Origin: Trichormus sp. ATA11-4-KO1
Lineage (GTDB): Bacteria > Cyanobacteriota > Cyanobacteriia > Cyanobacteriales > Nostocaceae
Assembly: GCA_019358915.1 (NCBI GenBank)
Contig: JAHHIM010000022.1
Location: forward strand, 12,783 to 76,782
Direction: 5' to 3'
Length of the DNA stretch: 64,000 nucleotides
Shown here: piece after piece, positions 43,806-56,366 of the stretch
How the letters are laid out: each line of letters opens with the position of its first letter
How positions within the stretch are numbered: the stretch's first letter is position 1
Position numbers and translations under genes: made by a program
The notes under the pieces: model-generated
The model's database searches: none
The model's input: only the letters and a program-made list of their open reading frames with translations
Told to the model about the DNA's origin: nothing

Positions 43806-44354
43806 ATGTCTCGTATTGGTAAACGTCCAATTACTATCCCCGCCAAAGTGCAAGTGACAATTGATGGCACAAAGGTAATGGTGAAAGGCCCTAAAGGTGA
43901 ACTTTCTCGTGACCTACCTGCCAATGTCATTGTCTCCCAAGAAGGAGAAATCTTACAGGTAAACCGTCGAGATGACACCCGTGTTTCTCGACAAATGCAC
44001 GGTTTGAGCCGTACCTTGGTCGCCAATATGGTCGAGGGAGTTTCCCAAGGCTTTCAACGTCGTTTGGAAATCCAAGGCGTAGGTTATCGGGCACAAGTTC
44101 AAGGGCGGAATCTAGTTTTGAACATGGGTTTCAGCCACCAAGTGCAAATTGTTCCCCCAGAAGGCGTGCAATTTGCCGTGGAAAATAACACTAACGTCAT
44201 CGTTACTGGCTACGACAAAGAAATAGTAGGCAACACAGCAGCCAAAATTCGTGCCGTACGTCCACCAGAACCTTACAAAGGTAAAGGTATTCGCTATGCC
44301 GGTGAAGTAGTCAGACGCAAAGCTGGTAAGACTGGTAAGAGTGGTAAGAAGTAA
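43806..44354 (+). CDS. rplF: 50S ribosomal protein L6
   Basis: [17 protein letters not shown]. Confidence 0.99.
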   Translation: MSRIGKRPITIPAKVQVTIDGTKVMVKGPKGELSRDLPANVIVSQEGEILQVNRRDDTRVSRQMHGLSRTLVANMVEGVSQGFQRRLEIQGVGYRAQVQGRNLVLNMGFSHQVQIVPPEGVQFAVENNTNVIVTGYDKEIVGNTAAKIRAVRPPEPYKGKGIRYAGEVVRRKAGKTGKSGKK

Positions 44355-44356
44355 AA

Positions 44357-44719
44357 ATGAAACTTACTCGTAGAGAATCAAAACAGCGTCGCCATCGACG
44401 CGTTCGTGGGAAAGTTAACGGCTCTCCAGAACGTCCCCGTTTAGCTGTATTTCGTTCCAACGAACACATTTATGCCCAGGTAATCGATGATACACAGCAA
44501 CACACCTTAGTAGCAGCTTCAACTATTGAACCAGAGTTGAAGTCTAGTTTAGCTACAGGCGCTACTTGTGAAGCATCAGCGCAAGTTGGCAAGTTGATAG
44601 CCGTACGATTGCTAGAAAAAGGAATCACCAAAGTAGTCTTTGATCGTGGTGGTAACTTATATCATGGTCGTGTCAAAGCCTTAGCTGATGCCGCACGCGA
44701 GGCTGGTTTAGATTTCTAA
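44357..44719 (+). CDS. rplR: 50S ribosomal protein L18
   Basis: [16 protein letters not shown]. Confidence 0.99.
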   Translation: MKLTRRESKQRRHRRVRGKVNGSPERPRLAVFRSNEHIYAQVIDDTQQHTLVAASTIEPELKSSLATGATCEASAQVGKLIAVRLLEKGITKVVFDRGGNLYHGRVKALADAAREAGLDF

Positions 44720-44735
44720 AGTCATTAGTCATTAG

Positions 44736-44759
44736 CCCTTCGGCTACGCTCAGGGTAAA
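44736..44759 (+). repeat. 24-nt small dispersed element inserted in a GTCATTA STRR array
   Basis: gtcattagtcattag[CCCTTCGGCTACGCTCAGGGTAAA]tcattggtcatta. Confidence 0.75.
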
Positions 44760-44842
44760 TCATTGGTCATTAGTCATTGGCTAAAGACAAAAGACGAATG
44801 ACAAAAGACAAAAGACAACTGACTAATAGAGAGCATTTGATT

Positions 44843-45367
44843 ATGGCAACTGGTCGTCGTAAAGCTAACCGCACAAAAAAAGAAGAAACCAACTGGCAAG
44901 AGCGCGTCATCCAAATCCGCCGGGTAAGTAAGGTCGTTAAAGGAGGTAAAAAACTCAGCTTCCGTGCGATCGTGGTCGTCGGTAATGAACGTGGCCAAGT
45001 TGGTGTAGGAGTAGGCAAAGCCTCAGATGTTATTGGTGCTGTGAAAAAAGGCGTAGCCGATGGGAAAAAACATCTGATTGATATCCCCATGACTAAATCC
45101 AACTCCATCCCCCATCCCATTGATGGTATCGGTGGTGGTGCTAAGGTAATTATGCGTCCAGCCGCACCTGGTACTGGGGTAATTGCAGGTGGTGCTGTTC
45201 GGACTGTACTGGAATTAGCAGGAGTGCGTAACGTCTTGGCTAAGCAACTTGGCTCCAACAACCCCCTAAACAATGCTAGAGCCGCAGTTAATGCTTTATC
45301 TACATTACGGACTCTTTCTGAAGTGGCCGAAGATCGAGGTATTCCTATTGAAAGACTCTACATCTAG
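44843..45367 (+). CDS. rpsE: 30S ribosomal protein S5
   Basis: [17 protein letters not shown]. Confidence 0.99.
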   Translation: MATGRRKANRTKKEETNWQERVIQIRRVSKVVKGGKKLSFRAIVVVGNERGQVGVGVGKASDVIGAVKKGVADGKKHLIDIPMTKSNSIPHPIDGIGGGAKVIMRPAAPGTGVIAGGAVRTVLELAGVRNVLAKQLGSNNPLNNARAAVNALSTLRTLSEVAEDRGIPIERLYI

Positions 45368-45539
45368 TAGCTGTGGTGAACTGCGTACACCAAATAACGC
45401 ATGAAAAAAGGATTAGGGCTAGAGGCTAGTCTTATTACTCAGCAACGCCAGATGCTTCACTTGGGGAGACCCCAAGACCGCACTGGCTCCTCAGCAATTT
45501 TAAGTCAGAGCTTTTGTGTAAACAAGTACTAATTACATC

Positions 45540-45986
45540 ATGAGACTCAACGATGTTAAGCCCCAAAAAGGCTCAAAAAAACGCCGTCGCCGTGTAGCCA
45601 GGGGTATTTCCGCAGGTCAGGGCGCTAGCGCTGGTCTAGGTATGAGAGGTCAAAAATCTCGTTCTGGTAGCAGTACCAGACCTGGTTTTGAAGGAGGTCA
45701 ACAACCTTTGTATCGTCGTGTACCAAAGCTTAAGGGCTTTCCGATTGTGAATCGGAAAATTTACACTACGATTAATGTAGAGAAGCTAGCCTCCCTTCCT
45801 GCCAATACAGAAGTAACTTTGACCTCCCTCAAAAATGCAGGTATCATTACTGCTGCCAAAGGTCCATTGAAAATTTTGGGCAATGGGGAATTGAGCATTC
45901 CGCTCAAGGTACAAGCGGCAGCTTTCACAAGACAAGCTCAAAGCAAAATTGAGGCAGCTGGTGGCAGTTGCGAAGTCTTAGAGTGA
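45540..45986 (+). CDS. rplO: 50S ribosomal protein L15
   Basis: [15 protein letters not shown]. Confidence 0.99.
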   Translation: MRLNDVKPQKGSKKRRRRVARGISAGQGASAGLGMRGQKSRSGSSTRPGFEGGQQPLYRRVPKLKGFPIVNRKIYTTINVEKLASLPANTEVTLTSLKNAGIITAAKGPLKILGNGELSIPLKVQAAAFTRQAQSKIEAAGGSCEVLE

Positions 45987-46053
45987 GCCAGAAAAGCGCA
46001 CTTTGCAAGCCCACTCGCTGCCAGCGCCTGGTTCACTATAAAGGTAGCATTCT

Positions 46054-47367
46054 ATGATCAGTCGAGAAAAAGCCCCCACGGCTCAAGAAACTTTTATGCA
46101 GATGGCGCAAGCAGCTGGACTGAGAGGTAGGCTGCTTGTCACCGTCGGTATTTTAATTTTGGTTCGCCTAGGCATATTTTTGCCAGTACCAGGAATTGAT
46201 AGAGCGAGGTTTGCCGAAGCTATATCGGGAAATAATGCTGTTTTCGGTTTATTGGATATATTTTCTGGACGTGGACTTTCGACTTTGGGAGTCTTTGCTT
46301 TGGGAATTTTGCCCTTTATTAATGCGTCCATTATCATCCAGTTGCTGACTGCGGCAATTCCATCTTTAGAAAATTTACAGAAAAATGAAGGTGAAGCAGG
46401 TCGGCGGAAAATTTCGCAAATCACCCGCTATGTCACTGTTGTTTGGGCGACTATTCAAAGTGTGGCTTTTTCGGCATTCTTTCTCCAGCAATTTGCCTTA
46501 AACCCAGGTTTAGTATTTGTAGCTGAAACAGCCATCGCTCTGACAGCTGGTTCCATGTTCGTGATGTGGGCATCAGAACTGATTACAGAGCGGGGAATCG
46601 GTAATGGCGCATCATTGCTGATTTTTGTCAATATCGTAGCTTCATTACCTAAAGCCTTAGGCGATACCATTGACTTGGTGCAAGTTGGTGGTAGAGAAAT
46701 CGTTGGTCGCGTGATCGTTCTCATCTTGGTATTCTTAGCCACAATTGTGGGTATTGTTTTTGTTCAAGAAGGCATCCGCCGCATCCCAATTATTTCAGCA
46801 CGTCGCCAAGTAGGTCGCAGAGTTTTGGCAGAGCAACGCAGTTATTTACCCCTGCGTCTAAATTCTGGTGGTGTCATGCCGATTATTTTTGCAGCTGCCA
46901 TTTTGAGTTTGCCACTGTTAATTGCCAATTTCACCAGAAATCCGGAAATAGCTAACATTGTCAACACTTATCTCAGTCCTGGGGGATCTGGGGCTTGGGT
47001 TTATGCTCTGGTCTACTTAGTCTCAATTATTTTCTTTAGTTACTTCTATTCTTCATTGATTGTCAATCCAGTTGATGTAGCGCAAAACTTGAAGAAAATG
47101 GGATCTAGTATTCCTGGTATACGTCCAGGAAAGGCTACAAGCGAGTATATCGAGCGTGTGATCAATCGACTCACTTTTTTGGGTGCGATCTTTTTGGGTT
47201 TTGTCGCTATTATCCCTACAGCTGTGGAAAGTGCTTTAGGCGTACCAACCTTTAGAGGATTGGGTGCTACCTCTTTGCTGATTTTGGTAGGTGTGGCGAT
47301 TGATACAGCTAAACAAGTCCAGACTTATGTTATCTCTCAGCGCTATGAAGGAATGGTGAAGCAATAG
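46054..47367 (+). CDS. secY: Preprotein translocase SecY
   Basis: [30 protein letters not shown]. Confidence 0.99.
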   Translation: MISREKAPTAQETFMQMAQAAGLRGRLLVTVGILILVRLGIFLPVPGIDRARFAEAISGNNAVFGLLDIFSGRGLSTLGVFALGILPFINASIIIQLLTAAIPSLENLQKNEGEAGRRKISQITRYVTVVWATIQSVAFSAFFLQQFALNPGLVFVAETAIALTAGSMFVMWASELITERGIGNGASLLIFVNIVASLPKALGDTIDLVQVGGREIVGRVIVLILVFLATIVGIVFVQEGIRRIPIISARRQVGRRVLAEQRSYLPLRLNSGGVMPIIFAAAILSLPLLIANFTRNPEIANIVNTYLSPGGSGAWVYALVYLVSIIFFSYFYSSLIVNPVDVAQNLKKMGSSIPGIRPGKATSEYIERVINRLTFLGAIFLGFVAIIPTAVESALGVPTFRGLGATSLLILVGVAIDTAKQVQTYVISQRYEGMVKQ

Positions 47368-47945
47368 TGACACGTTTAATCTTCTTGGGACCACCTGGAT
47401 CTGGTAAAGGAACTCAAGCTCAAATTTTGGCTCAAGACTTGAATATTCCCCATATTTCTACAGGGGAAATATTAAGGCAAGCTATGAAAGAGCAAACCCC
47501 TTTGGGAATTAAAGCTCAACATTATGTCAATAGCGGCGAATTAGTTCCCGATGAGCTAGTACAGGATTTGGTACAAGAGCGCCTTAGTCAACCAGATACT
47601 CAATCTGGCTGGATTCTCGATGGTTTTCCCCGCAAAGTAACACAAGCAGTTTTTCTGGAGAAGTTGCTGGAAAAGTTACATCAGAACGGTGAAAAGGTAG
47701 TTAATCTAGATGCTCCAGATAAAGTTGTAGTAGAGCGGTTGTTAGCTAGAGGGCGAAAAGATGATACCGAAGAGGTAATTCGGCGTCGCCTAGAAGTTTA
47801 CCGCGCGGAAACTGCACCTTTGATTGACTATTACCGCGATAGCGCCAGCGCTGACTTGTCAGTTGGCCAAAAACTGCTGACGGTCAATGGTGATCAGTCT
47901 CAGGAAGAAGTCACTAATGAACTGAGAAATTTAATTGCTTCATAG
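47367..47945 (+). CDS. adk: Adenylate kinase (carries an apparent 8-aa in-frame insertion)
   Basis: [15 protein letters not shown]. Confidence 0.97.
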   Translation: MTRLIFLGPPGSGKGTQAQILAQDLNIPHISTGEILRQAMKEQTPLGIKAQHYVNSGELVPDELVQDLVQERLSQPDTQSGWILDGFPRKVTQAVFLEKLLEKLHQNGEKVVNLDAPDKVVVERLLARGRKDDTEEVIRRRLEVYRAETAPLIDYYRDSASADLSVGQKLLTVNGDQSQEEVTNELRNLIAS

Positions 47946-48129
47946 ATTGAACAACGGGAGTAGAAAATTCACCACTGACTACTCCCCACTCCTCCTCCCA
48001 GTAGGATGAAGTCCAATTTTAGCTAAGATATATTAAGAAACTGTTGATATATTGCGCAAATTGTGTTTTTTGCAGATGAAGTGCTGCAACTGACCAAATA
48101 AGAGATTGTTGAGTTGAGGAAAATACAAA

Positions 48130-48354
48130 TTGTCTAAGCAAGATTTGATTGAAATGGAAGGCACTGTTACAGAGTCCTTGCCCAATGCGATGTTTCGCGT
48201 TGACCTAGATAATGGCTTTAATGTCTTAGCACATATTTCTGGCAAGATTCGCCGTAATTACATTAAGATTTTACCTGGCGATCGCGTCAAAGTGGAGTTA
48301 ACCCCTTATGACCTGACAAAAGGTAGAATTACTTATCGACTGCGGAAAAAATAG
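48130..48354 (+). CDS. infA: Translation initiation factor IF-1
   Basis: [15 protein letters not shown]. Confidence 0.99.
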
Positions 48355-48470
48355 TTATATGCAGAGAATATTAACATAAAACCATTTTTTTAGGTTCTAC
48401 CAAGTTACTTAATTGAATTAATTTCCCTAAAAATGCTATAATTTACTATTTGGAGTCAATTGAAAAAGGC

Positions 48471-48584
48471 ATGAAAGTCCGAGCCTCAGTCAAGAAAATT
48501 TGTGAAAAGTGTAACGTGATCCGCCGTCGCGGTCGCGTCATGGTGATATGTGTCAATCCTAAGCACAAACAACGTCAAGGATAG
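48471..48584 (+). CDS. rpmJ: 50S ribosomal protein L36 (absent from the ORF track)
   Basis: Manual translation [37 protein letters not shown]. Confidence 0.97.
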   Translation: MKVRASVKKICEKCNVIRRRGRVMVICVNPKHKQRQG

Positions 48585-48688
48585 TAATCTGACACATCCA
48601 AGAGTGAGTTGTCACCATCAAACGCTACAAAGGCGATTAATCACGCTTTTCTCACAGCAATTGCGATAACAATAGGGAGAAATTCATT

Positions 48689-49069
48689 GTGGCACGTATT
48701 TCCGGAGTAGACCTTCCACGCGATAAGCGTGTTGAAATCGGTCTGACTTATATTTACGGAATTGGGTTAACAAGGTCGCTGGAAATATTAGCAGCTACAG
48801 GTGTCAACCCAGATACCCGCGTTAAAGATTTAAGTGATGCTGATATTGCCGCCCTACGCGGCGAAATAGAAAGCAACTACCAAGTTGAAGGTGACTTACG
48901 GCGCTTAGAAGCCATGAACATCAAGCGCTTGGTTGACATTGGTTGCTACCGAGGTCGGCGTCACCGCATGGGCTTACCAGTCAGAGGTCAAAGAACTCGT
49001 ACTAATGCTAGAACCCGCCGTGGGAGAAGGCAGACAGTGGCTGGTAAGAAGAAGGCTCCAGGCAAATAA
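48689..49069 (+). CDS. rpsM: 30S ribosomal protein S13
   Basis: [23 protein letters not shown]. Confidence 0.99.
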   Translation: MARISGVDLPRDKRVEIGLTYIYGIGLTRSLEILAATGVNPDTRVKDLSDADIAALRGEIESNYQVEGDLRRLEAMNIKRLVDIGCYRGRRHRMGLPVRGQRTRTNARTRRGRRQTVAGKKKAPGK

Positions 49070-49123
49070 ACTTTCAACACTTGCTCGTGTGGGCAAGTTT
49101 AACCTGAAATTAACTAAACAAAT

Positions 49124-49519
49124 ATGGCGAGACAACCAACTAAAAAGGGCGGGAGCAAAAAGCAGAAGCGGAATGTACCCAACGGGATGGCTTACATCCA
49201 GTCTACTTTCAACAATAGCATTGTCACCATTACCGATCAAAATGGTGATGTGATCTCCTGGGCTAGTGCAGGCTCTAGCGGTTTTAAAGGAGCAAAAAAG
49301 GGAACTCCCTTTGCCGCCCAAACCGCCGCCGAAAGTGCCGCCCGCCGAGCAATTGACCAAGGAATGCGGCAAATTGAGGTGATGGTAAGTGGCCCGGGAG
49401 CAGGTAGAGAAACCGCTATCCGCGCACTCCAAGGAGCAGGACTGGAAATTACACTGATTCGGGACATCACCCCAATTCCTCATAATGGTTGCCGTCCACC
49501 CAAGCGCCGCCGAGTCTAG
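49124..49519 (+). CDS. rpsK: 30S ribosomal protein S11
   Basis: [20 protein letters not shown]. Confidence 0.99.
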   Translation: MARQPTKKGGSKKQKRNVPNGMAYIQSTFNNSIVTITDQNGDVISWASAGSSGFKGAKKGTPFAAQTAAESAARRAIDQGMRQIEVMVSGPGAGRETAIRALQGAGLEITLIRDITPIPHNGCRPPKRRRV

Positions 49520-49785
49520 ATGCAACCTGTTAAGTGTTTGATCTACGAACTGTTTATGATAACTTGAGCGACTAAAAGCCAGTCAGCTCTTCCTGTCGGG
49601 AGGGCTGCTAAACTCAGACCACCCAAATTAAATAATGATGTCCGCTTCTGAATAGGGATATCAAACCATACTGCCATTAAATGCTGGCAGTTTAATCTAC
49701 CTAGAGAAACCTAGGAAACCAAAAGTAAATTCGGGAGGCAATTGATTTGCCTGCTAGCAGCACCTTAAAGAAGGGAGGCTAATCC

Positions 49786-50733
49786 GTGGCGCAGTTTCAA
49801 ATTGAATGTGTAGAGTCTAATACTGAAGAAAGTCGGAGCCATTACAGTAAATTTGTGCTGGAACCTCTAGAGCGTGGTCAAGGAACAACAGTTGGCAACG
49901 CGCTGCGGCGGGTTTTACTGTCGAATCTAGAGGGGACAGCAGTTACAGCAGTAAGAATTGCAGGCGTTACACACGAGTTTGCTACAGTTCCGGGTGTGCG
50001 AGAAGACGTACTGGAAATCCTCATGAAAATGAAGGAAGTCATCCTCAGAAGCTATTCTGCTCAACCCCAGATCGGTAGATTACTCGTTAACGGGCCAGCA
50101 ACAGTTACGGTGGCACATTTTGATTTGCCCAGTGAAGTAGAAGTCATCGATCCGACCCAGTATGTAGCCACCCTAGCTGAAGGTGGAAAACTGGAAATGG
50201 AATTTCGGATTGAGAAAGGCAAAGGGTATCGCACCGTAGAGCGAGGACGTGAGGAAGCCACATCTTTGGACTTTCTGCAAATCGACTCAGTATTTATGCC
50301 AGTGCGGAAAGTTAACTATAGTGTCGAGGAAGCTCGCGGGGATGGCTCAATTACCAAAGACCGACTGCTGTTAGAAGTTTGGACAAATGGCAGTATCTCC
50401 CCCCAAGAAGCACTATCTTCAGCTGCTGGTATTCTGGTAGATTTGTTCAATCCGTTGAAAGATATCTCACTGGAGCCAACGGACACAGGTGCGGAAATTC
50501 CAGATGACCCCACCGCTCAAATCCCCATTGAAGAGTTGCAACTTTCTGTGCGGGCTTATAACTGTCTCAAACGCGCACAAGTTAACTCTGTCGCCGACTT
50601 ATTGGATTTTACCCAAGAAGACCTGTTAGAAATTAAAAACTTTGGACAGAAGTCAGCAGAAGAGGTAGTTGAAGCTTTACAACGCCGCTTAGGTATTACT
50701 TTGCCCCAAGAACGAGGCTCTAAACACCCATAA
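49786..50733 (+). CDS. rpoA: RNA polymerase alpha subunit
   Basis: EPLERGQGTTVGNALRR, LSVRAYNCLKR. Confidence 0.99.
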   Translation: MAQFQIECVESNTEESRSHYSKFVLEPLERGQGTTVGNALRRVLLSNLEGTAVTAVRIAGVTHEFATVPGVREDVLEILMKMKEVILRSYSAQPQIGRLLVNGPATVTVAHFDLPSEVEVIDPTQYVATLAEGGKLEMEFRIEKGKGYRTVERGREEATSLDFLQIDSVFMPVRKVNYSVEEARGDGSITKDRLLLEVWTNGSISPQEALSSAAGILVDLFNPLKDISLEPTDTGAEIPDDPTAQIPIEELQLSVRAYNCLKRAQVNSVADLLDFTQEDLLEIKNFGQKSAEEVVEALQRRLGITLPQERGSKHP

Positions 50734-50765
50734 GCCAATTTTTACTAAATTCATAGTGCATTATT

Positions 50766-51116
50766 ATGCGTCACCGTTGTCGAGTTAAAAAACTCAGTAA
50801 ACCAGCTGACCAGCGTCGCGCCCTCTTGCGTGCGCTGACCACAGAGCTGATCCGTCATGGTCGGATTACTACCACTTTAATCAGAGCTAAGGTAGTGCGC
50901 AGCGAAGTAGATAAAATGATTACCCTAGCCAAAGATGGTTCTTTATCAGCCCGTCGGGAAGCTTTGGGCTATATCTACGATAAGCAACTAGTTCATGCTT
51001 TATTTGAGCAAGCTCCTAATCGGTATGCTAATCGCCAAGGTGGTTATACCCGCATCCTGCATACTGTCCCTCGTCGGGGAGATAAGGCGGAAATGGCAAT
51101 AATTGAGCTGGTTTAA
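50766..51116 (+). CDS. rplQ: 50S ribosomal protein L17
   Basis: MRHR, GGYTRI. Confidence 0.99.
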   Translation: MRHRCRVKKLSKPADQRRALLRALTTELIRHGRITTTLIRAKVVRSEVDKMITLAKDGSLSARREALGYIYDKQLVHALFEQAPNRYANRQGGYTRILHTVPRRGDKAEMAIIELV

Positions 51117-51168
51117 ATTTAGTCATTAGTCATTGGTCATTAGACTAATGGCAAAAGACAAAATCTGT

Positions 51169-52068
51169 ATGTTAGAAAGCCACCAGCCTCCACAAACCCA
51201 TCGAGTAGCCCTAGTAATTCAATACTTGGGCACTCACTTTCATGGCTGGCAACGGCAAAAACAACATCGGACAGTTCAAGAAGAGATAGAAACAGCGATC
51301 GCGACGATTTTGGGTTATCATGTCACACTACATGGTGCCGGGCGAACCGATGCCGGAGTCCATGCTGCTGCTCAAGTAGCCCATTTTGAAGCCACAGGTT
51401 TAATACCGCCACACAAATGGGCAACAGTCCTTAACAGTTATCTGCCCCAAGATATACTAATAAGGGCTTCAGCTAGTGTCGATCACCGTTGGCACGCTCG
51501 CTTTAGTGCTGCCTATCGACGATATCGCTACACGATATACACTGAAGATCGACCGAACTTGTTCGTCAGACCCTTCAGTTGGCATTATTATTATGCACCC
51601 CTGGATGAATGCTTAATCCAAGCTGCCCTCACACCCCTGATGGGGAGGCATCATTTGGCTGCATTTCACCGTGCAGGGTCAAAGCGATCGCATTCTTGGG
51701 TAGAGGTGCAAGCAGCAGAATGTCATCGCAGTGGGCCATTTCTTCATATTGAAATTCAGGCAAATGGATTTTTGTATGGCATGGTACGGCTGTTAGTCGG
51801 AATGCTGGCACAAGTAGGTTCTGGTCAGCGTTCACTTGCCAGTTTCACCGAACTCTGGAAAGAACAACGCCGCGAAGAAGTAAAACACGCCGCCCCTCCC
51901 CAGGGTTTGTGTTTATTAAGAGTTGGCTATCCAGATTTTCCCTTTTCCCCAGAGATTTGGTACGAAACTCTACCAAAACTCGTCTTTCCTACCCATAAAT
52001 TCTCGGAATCTTTTTCAGATACCGCTTATTTCGATTCCACACCTGCAAGTCAAGTAAAACCCCAATGA
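51169..52068 (+). CDS. truA: tRNA pseudouridine(38-40) synthase
   Basis: [28 protein letters not shown]. Confidence 0.97.
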   Translation: MLESHQPPQTHRVALVIQYLGTHFHGWQRQKQHRTVQEEIETAIATILGYHVTLHGAGRTDAGVHAAAQVAHFEATGLIPPHKWATVLNSYLPQDILIRASASVDHRWHARFSAAYRRYRYTIYTEDRPNLFVRPFSWHYYYAPLDECLIQAALTPLMGRHHLAAFHRAGSKRSHSWVEVQAAECHRSGPFLHIEIQANGFLYGMVRLLVGMLAQVGSGQRSLASFTELWKEQRREEVKHAAPPQGLCLLRVGYPDFPFSPEIWYETLPKLVFPTHKFSESFSDTAYFDSTPASQVKPQ

Positions 52069-52523
52069 GTACTAAAACATACCTTCCTCCTCAAGCATCC
52101 CTTGAGCGTGAGTGGTACTTAGTTGATGCCACAGATAAACGCCTTGGCCGCCTCGCCAGTGAAATCGCCATGATTCTCCGAGGCAAAAGAAAAGCCGAAT
52201 ACACTCCCCACCTAGATACAGGTGATTTTGTCATTGTCATCAATGCTGAAAAAGTGGCAGTCACAGGCAAAAAGCGTAGTCAAAAACTCTACCGTCGTCA
52301 TTCCGGTCGTCCCGGCGGGATGAAAACAGAAACCTTCGCGAAACTGCAACAGCGCTTACCAGAACGGATAGTAGAACACGCCGTCAAAGGAATGCTACCG
52401 AAAAATAGCCTGGGCAAGCAGTTGTTCACCAAATTAAAAGTCTATGCTGGACCTACACATCCCCACGAAGCTCAAAAACCCAAAGAACTAAACATTAATA
52501 CAATTCCTGGAGCAGAAAATTAA
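52065..52523 (+). CDS. rplM: 50S ribosomal protein L13
   Basis: [15 protein letters not shown]. Confidence 0.99.
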   Translation: MSTKTYLPPQASLEREWYLVDATDKRLGRLASEIAMILRGKRKAEYTPHLDTGDFVIVINAEKVAVTGKKRSQKLYRRHSGRPGGMKTETFAKLQQRLPERIVEHAVKGMLPKNSLGKQLFTKLKVYAGPTHPHEAQKPKELNINTIPGAEN

Positions 52524-52939
52524 TGGTAGTAGCAGATGCAAATAGCGGTCGCGCCGTGTACTGGGGTACAGGCCGACGTAAGTCCGCAGTAGCACGGGTC
52601 AGATTGGTTCCCGGTGAAGGTAAGCTGATTGTCAATGGTAAGCCTGGAGAATTGTACTTCCAATTCAACGCCAACTATCTGGGAGTAATTAGAAACCCTC
52701 TAGAAACTTTAGGTTTGGAAAACGAGTATGACATTTTGGTAAAAGCTGAAGGTGGCGGACTGACCGGACAGGCAGATTCCATTCGCCTAGGAGTTGCTCG
52801 CGCCTTGTGTCAACTAGATCCAGAAAATCGCCCACCTCTAAAAATTGAGGGCTACCTAACTCGTGATCCCCGGGCCAAAGAACGGAAAAAATATGGTTTG
52901 CACAAAGCCCGGAAAGCTCCTCAGTACTCCAAGCGTTAA
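52523..52939 (+). CDS. rpsI: 30S ribosomal protein S9
   Basis: [17 protein letters not shown]. Confidence 0.99.
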   Translation: MVVADANSGRAVYWGTGRRKSAVARVRLVPGEGKLIVNGKPGELYFQFNANYLGVIRNPLETLGLENEYDILVKAEGGGLTGQADSIRLGVARALCQLDPENRPPLKIEGYLTRDPRAKERKKYGLHKARKAPQYSKR

Positions 52940-53043
52940 TTGAGTGCTTCCTTCCTGAGTGCTGAGTAAGAGTACTCAGTTCTCAGTGATGCAAGATTAA
53001 GAGTTAAAGCTAAAATTAAGTTGTGTGAAAAAGAGAAATACCA

Positions 53044-53286
53044 ATGGCAAAATCTGATATTCATCCCCAGTGGTATCCAGAAGCTAAAGTTTACTGTAAC
53101 GGTCAAGTTGTGATGACTGTTGGCTCTACTAAGCCAGAACTACACGTAGATGTTTGGTCTGGAAATCACCCTTTTTATACTGGTACTCAGAAGCTGATCG
53201 ACACGGAAGGTCGAGTAGAACGCTTCCTGCGGAAATATGGTATGAGCAGCACTCAAGCCTCTGGCGAAGAACAAGACAAAAAGTAG
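53044..53286 (+). CDS. rpmE: 50S ribosomal protein L31
   Basis: DIHPQWY, HPFYTG. Confidence 0.98.
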   Translation: MAKSDIHPQWYPEAKVYCNGQVVMTVGSTKPELHVDVWSGNHPFYTGTQKLIDTEGRVERFLRKYGMSSTQASGEEQDKK

Positions 53287-53385
53287 CGGATTGGCTCTGC
53301 TGTTAACGACGACCCTGCGTCTGCTGGGTCGATTGTCATTTTTTGCTGAGCCAACTTGTTATTTTTAAGGAGCATTGTATTCGTC

Positions 53386-54483
53386 ATGGCTGAAACATAC
53401 CTGCTGGAGAAACTCAAATCCGTCGAACAAACTTTTAATGAATTAACCCGTCGTCTGGCTGACCCTGATACTGCTCAAAATCCTGATGAGTATCAAAAAA
53501 TAGCCAAGTCACGCTCATCTTTGGAAGAGGTAGTCAATACCTACGAAACTTGGAAAACTGCTACTGAAGAATTAGCAGGGGCGCGTCAGGTACTTAAAGA
53601 GGCGAACGGCGACCCGGAGTTGCATGAAATGGCAGCTTTGGAAGTCAAGGAATTAGAGGAAAAATTAGAATACCTAGAAACTCGTTTGAAGGTTTTACTG
53701 TTACCCCGCGACCCCAATGATGATAAAAATATCATGTTGGAAATTCGTGCTGGTACTGGTGGCGATGAAGCGAGTATCTGGGCGGGAGATTTATTACGGA
53801 TGTACTCCCGTTATGCTGACCTCCAAGGTTGGAGAGTGAAACTAGTGAGCGAGTCACTGGGTGAAATGGGCGGTTTTAAAGAAGTAATCCTGGAAATTCA
53901 GGGTGACAACGTTTACAGTAAGCTGAAATTTGAAGCCGGAGTCCATCGTGTGCAGCGTGTACCCGCAACTGAAGCTGGAGGACGAGTTCACACTTCTACT
54001 GCCACAGTAGCGATTATGCCAGAAGTGGATGATGTGGAAATTCACATTGACCCCAAAGATATTGAAATGAGTACAGCTCGTTCTGGTGGCGCTGGTGGAC
54101 AAAACGTCAACAAGGTAGAAACTGCGGCTGACTTATTCCACAAACCCACTGGTATCCGGATTTTCTGTACAGAAGAACGTAGTCAGTTGCAAAACAAAGA
54201 ACGGGCGCTGCAAATTCTGCGGGCGAAATTGTACGAAATGAAGTTACGCGAACAACAAGAAGCGGTCACTTCCATGAGGCGATCGCAAGTTGGTACAGGA
54301 TCGCGATCGGAAAAAATTCGCACTTACAACTATAAAGATAATCGCGTGACCGACCATCGTCTAGGACAGAATTATTCTCTTAACCCTGTCTTAGAAGGTG
54401 ATTTAGAGACTGTTATTCAATCTTGCATCTCTCAAGACCAGCAGGAACGTCTGGCAGAGTTAGCAACTTCTGGTGCTACCTAA
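53386..54483 (+). CDS. prfA: Peptide chain release factor 1
   Basis: PAT motif (VPATE), [12 protein letters not shown]. Confidence 0.98.
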   Translation: MAETYLLEKLKSVEQTFNELTRRLADPDTAQNPDEYQKIAKSRSSLEEVVNTYETWKTATEELAGARQVLKEANGDPELHEMAALEVKELEEKLEYLETRLKVLLLPRDPNDDKNIMLEIRAGTGGDEASIWAGDLLRMYSRYADLQGWRVKLVSESLGEMGGFKEVILEIQGDNVYSKLKFEAGVHRVQRVPATEAGGRVHTSTATVAIMPEVDDVEIHIDPKDIEMSTARSGGAGGQNVNKVETAADLFHKPTGIRIFCTEERSQLQNKERALQILRAKLYEMKLREQQEAVTSMRRSQVGTGSRSEKIRTYNYKDNRVTDHRLGQNYSLNPVLEGDLETVIQSCISQDQQERLAELATSGAT

Positions 54484-54504
54484 TTTTTACTATTGAAAAA
54501 TTGG

Positions 54505-54552
54505 AAAACCGCCTTTTGTACTGTAACTTTTAATACACATAGGCGGTTTTTT
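54505..54552 (+). terminator. Terminator-like hairpin after prfA
   Basis: AAAACCGCCT...AGGCGGTTTT followed by TT. Confidence 0.7.
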
Positions 54553-54658
54553 AATGTCGCGTTTAGTACATCTTCCATTTCAATAGGATAATAGTAATGT
54601 GCCCTTTATTGAGCAGCAGAGCAAATTTGTATTGACTGTGAAAGACTGTGAGAACCCA

Positions 54659-54913
54659 ATGCCTAAAAAACAGAAATTCCCTTACCTAGTTGGTTCTAAG
54701 TGGACAACGCAGAAAAAAGTTGACGGATGGAGACACTTTCAAGTCGTCAATCGTAAAAATCAAAGTAAGTGGGTGTATGCCGAAATGGTTGCAGCTTGTG
54801 ACCCCAATGTCCGCTTTTGGATAAATGCCAAACTCTTACAAGACAACTCTCAGTGGCAAGCTGGCTGGCAATCATTACAGGAAATCGAATCCCGCAAATC
54901 TGATTTATTCTAA
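54659..54913 (+). CDS. TIGR02450-family Trp-rich protein
   Basis: LVGSKWT...GWRHFQV...W..GW pattern. Confidence 0.8.
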   Translation: MPKKQKFPYLVGSKWTTQKKVDGWRHFQVVNRKNQSKWVYAEMVAACDPNVRFWINAKLLQDNSQWQAGWQSLQEIESRKSDLF

Positions 54914-55469
54914 TTCAGCTAAGTTTTAGCCTTCCCAAACAGGCAACATTTTAAAATTAATAATTTATTACAAATAAATCCGTAACTTTTCAAAAGCAGA
55001 ACTTAACTAGTCTTGGGAGTAACTTGCACTTAACAATAATCTTTGCTTATTGAAATTTGGAGTATTATTTTCAGCATTGGGCGACTAATCTCTCTCTTCA
55101 ACCCTAAAATTAAGCCCATTTTGCTGCGGATTAAATTGCCTGAAGTAAGATAAATCCATGAAAACTATATACAAATTTACATATAATTTTTTGTCTTTTG
55201 TAACTATTTTATATTTTAAATTTTATAAATAAGGAAATATAGCTTTTATTTGTCAAATAAAAGCTTTTTGAAGAGATTTAAATTTAAATAAATCCTAAAA
55301 AGCTTTAAGAAACAAGTTTATTTCGTTTTTCATATTTCAACCCTCTTTCTTTTCTGTGTAAATTCGACAATAATGACAATCACATAGCTCACACATCGCC
55401 ATCTACGGCTAGGTGAAGGCAAAAGCTTGAGCCACGAGTTTGACAAAAAACGATAAGAGGCAAACAACA

Positions 55470-56336
55470 GTGAAACTAGCAGTTTACGGAAAAGGTGGTA
55501 TTGGCAAATCCACAACTAGCTGTAATATATCCGTCGCCCTAGCCAAACGCGGCAAGAAAGTTCTGCAAATTGGTTGTGACCCCAAACACGACAGCACTTT
55601 TACTCTCACTGGGTTTTTGATTCCTACAATTATTGATACCCTGCAAGAAAAGGACTACCACTACGAAGATGTTTGGCCAGAAGATGTAATTTATAAAGGT
55701 TATGGCGGTGTAGATTGCGTAGAAGCAGGTGGTCCGCCGGCGGGTGCTGGTTGTGGCGGCTACGTAGTTGGCGAAACAGTAAAATTACTGAAAGAACTTA
55801 ACGCTTTTGATGAATACGATGTGATTCTATTTGATGTCCTGGGTGACGTTGTTTGTGGTGGTTTTGCCGCCCCACTCAACTATGCAGATTACTGCTTGAT
55901 TGTTACCGACAATGGCTTTGATGCTTTGTTTGCTGCCAATCGAATTGCTGCATCGGTAAGAGAAAAAGCCCGGACTCACCCACTGCGTCTAGCTGGTCTA
56001 ATTGGTAACCGCACTTCTAAACGCGATTTGATCGAGAAGTATATAGAATCAGTCCCCATGCCAGTCCTGGAAGTATTACCTTTAATTGAAGATATTCGTG
56101 TTTCTCGCGTTAAAGGTAAAACTCTATTTGAAATGGCAGAATCTGACCCATCTTTGAGCTACGTTTGCGATTACTATCTCAATATCGCTGACCAAATTTT
56201 AGCCCGCCCAGAAGGTGTGGTGCCTAATGACGCTCCAGATCGGGAATTGTTCTCTTTGTTATCCGATTTTTATCTAAATCCGGGTAAACCCCAGGTTCCT
56301 AATTCAGAAGAGGCACTAGACTTGATGATTGTATAA
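55470..56336 (+). CDS. chlL: Dark-operative protochlorophyllide reductase iron-sulfur ATP-binding subunit
   Basis: [30 protein letters not shown]. Confidence 0.98.
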   Translation: MKLAVYGKGGIGKSTTSCNISVALAKRGKKVLQIGCDPKHDSTFTLTGFLIPTIIDTLQEKDYHYEDVWPEDVIYKGYGGVDCVEAGGPPAGAGCGGYVVGETVKLLKELNAFDEYDVILFDVLGDVVCGGFAAPLNYADYCLIVTDNGFDALFAANRIAASVREKARTHPLRLAGLIGNRTSKRDLIEKYIESVPMPVLEVLPLIEDIRVSRVKGKTLFEMAESDPSLSYVCDYYLNIADQILARPEGVVPNDAPDRELFSLLSDFYLNPGKPQVPNSEEALDLMIV

Positions 56337-56366
56337 CATCATCTAGTTCTCAGGATGAGGAGCAAT

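Noticed and set aside
44770..45273. Long antisense ORFs over ribosomal and other conserved genes (also 37468-37866, 48974-49525, 3780-4277, 22706-23179)
   Set aside because: Shadow frames of well-supported genes on the opposite strand.
55470..56336. nifH call
   Set aside because: CDPKHDST and the adjacent chlN identify it as ChlL.
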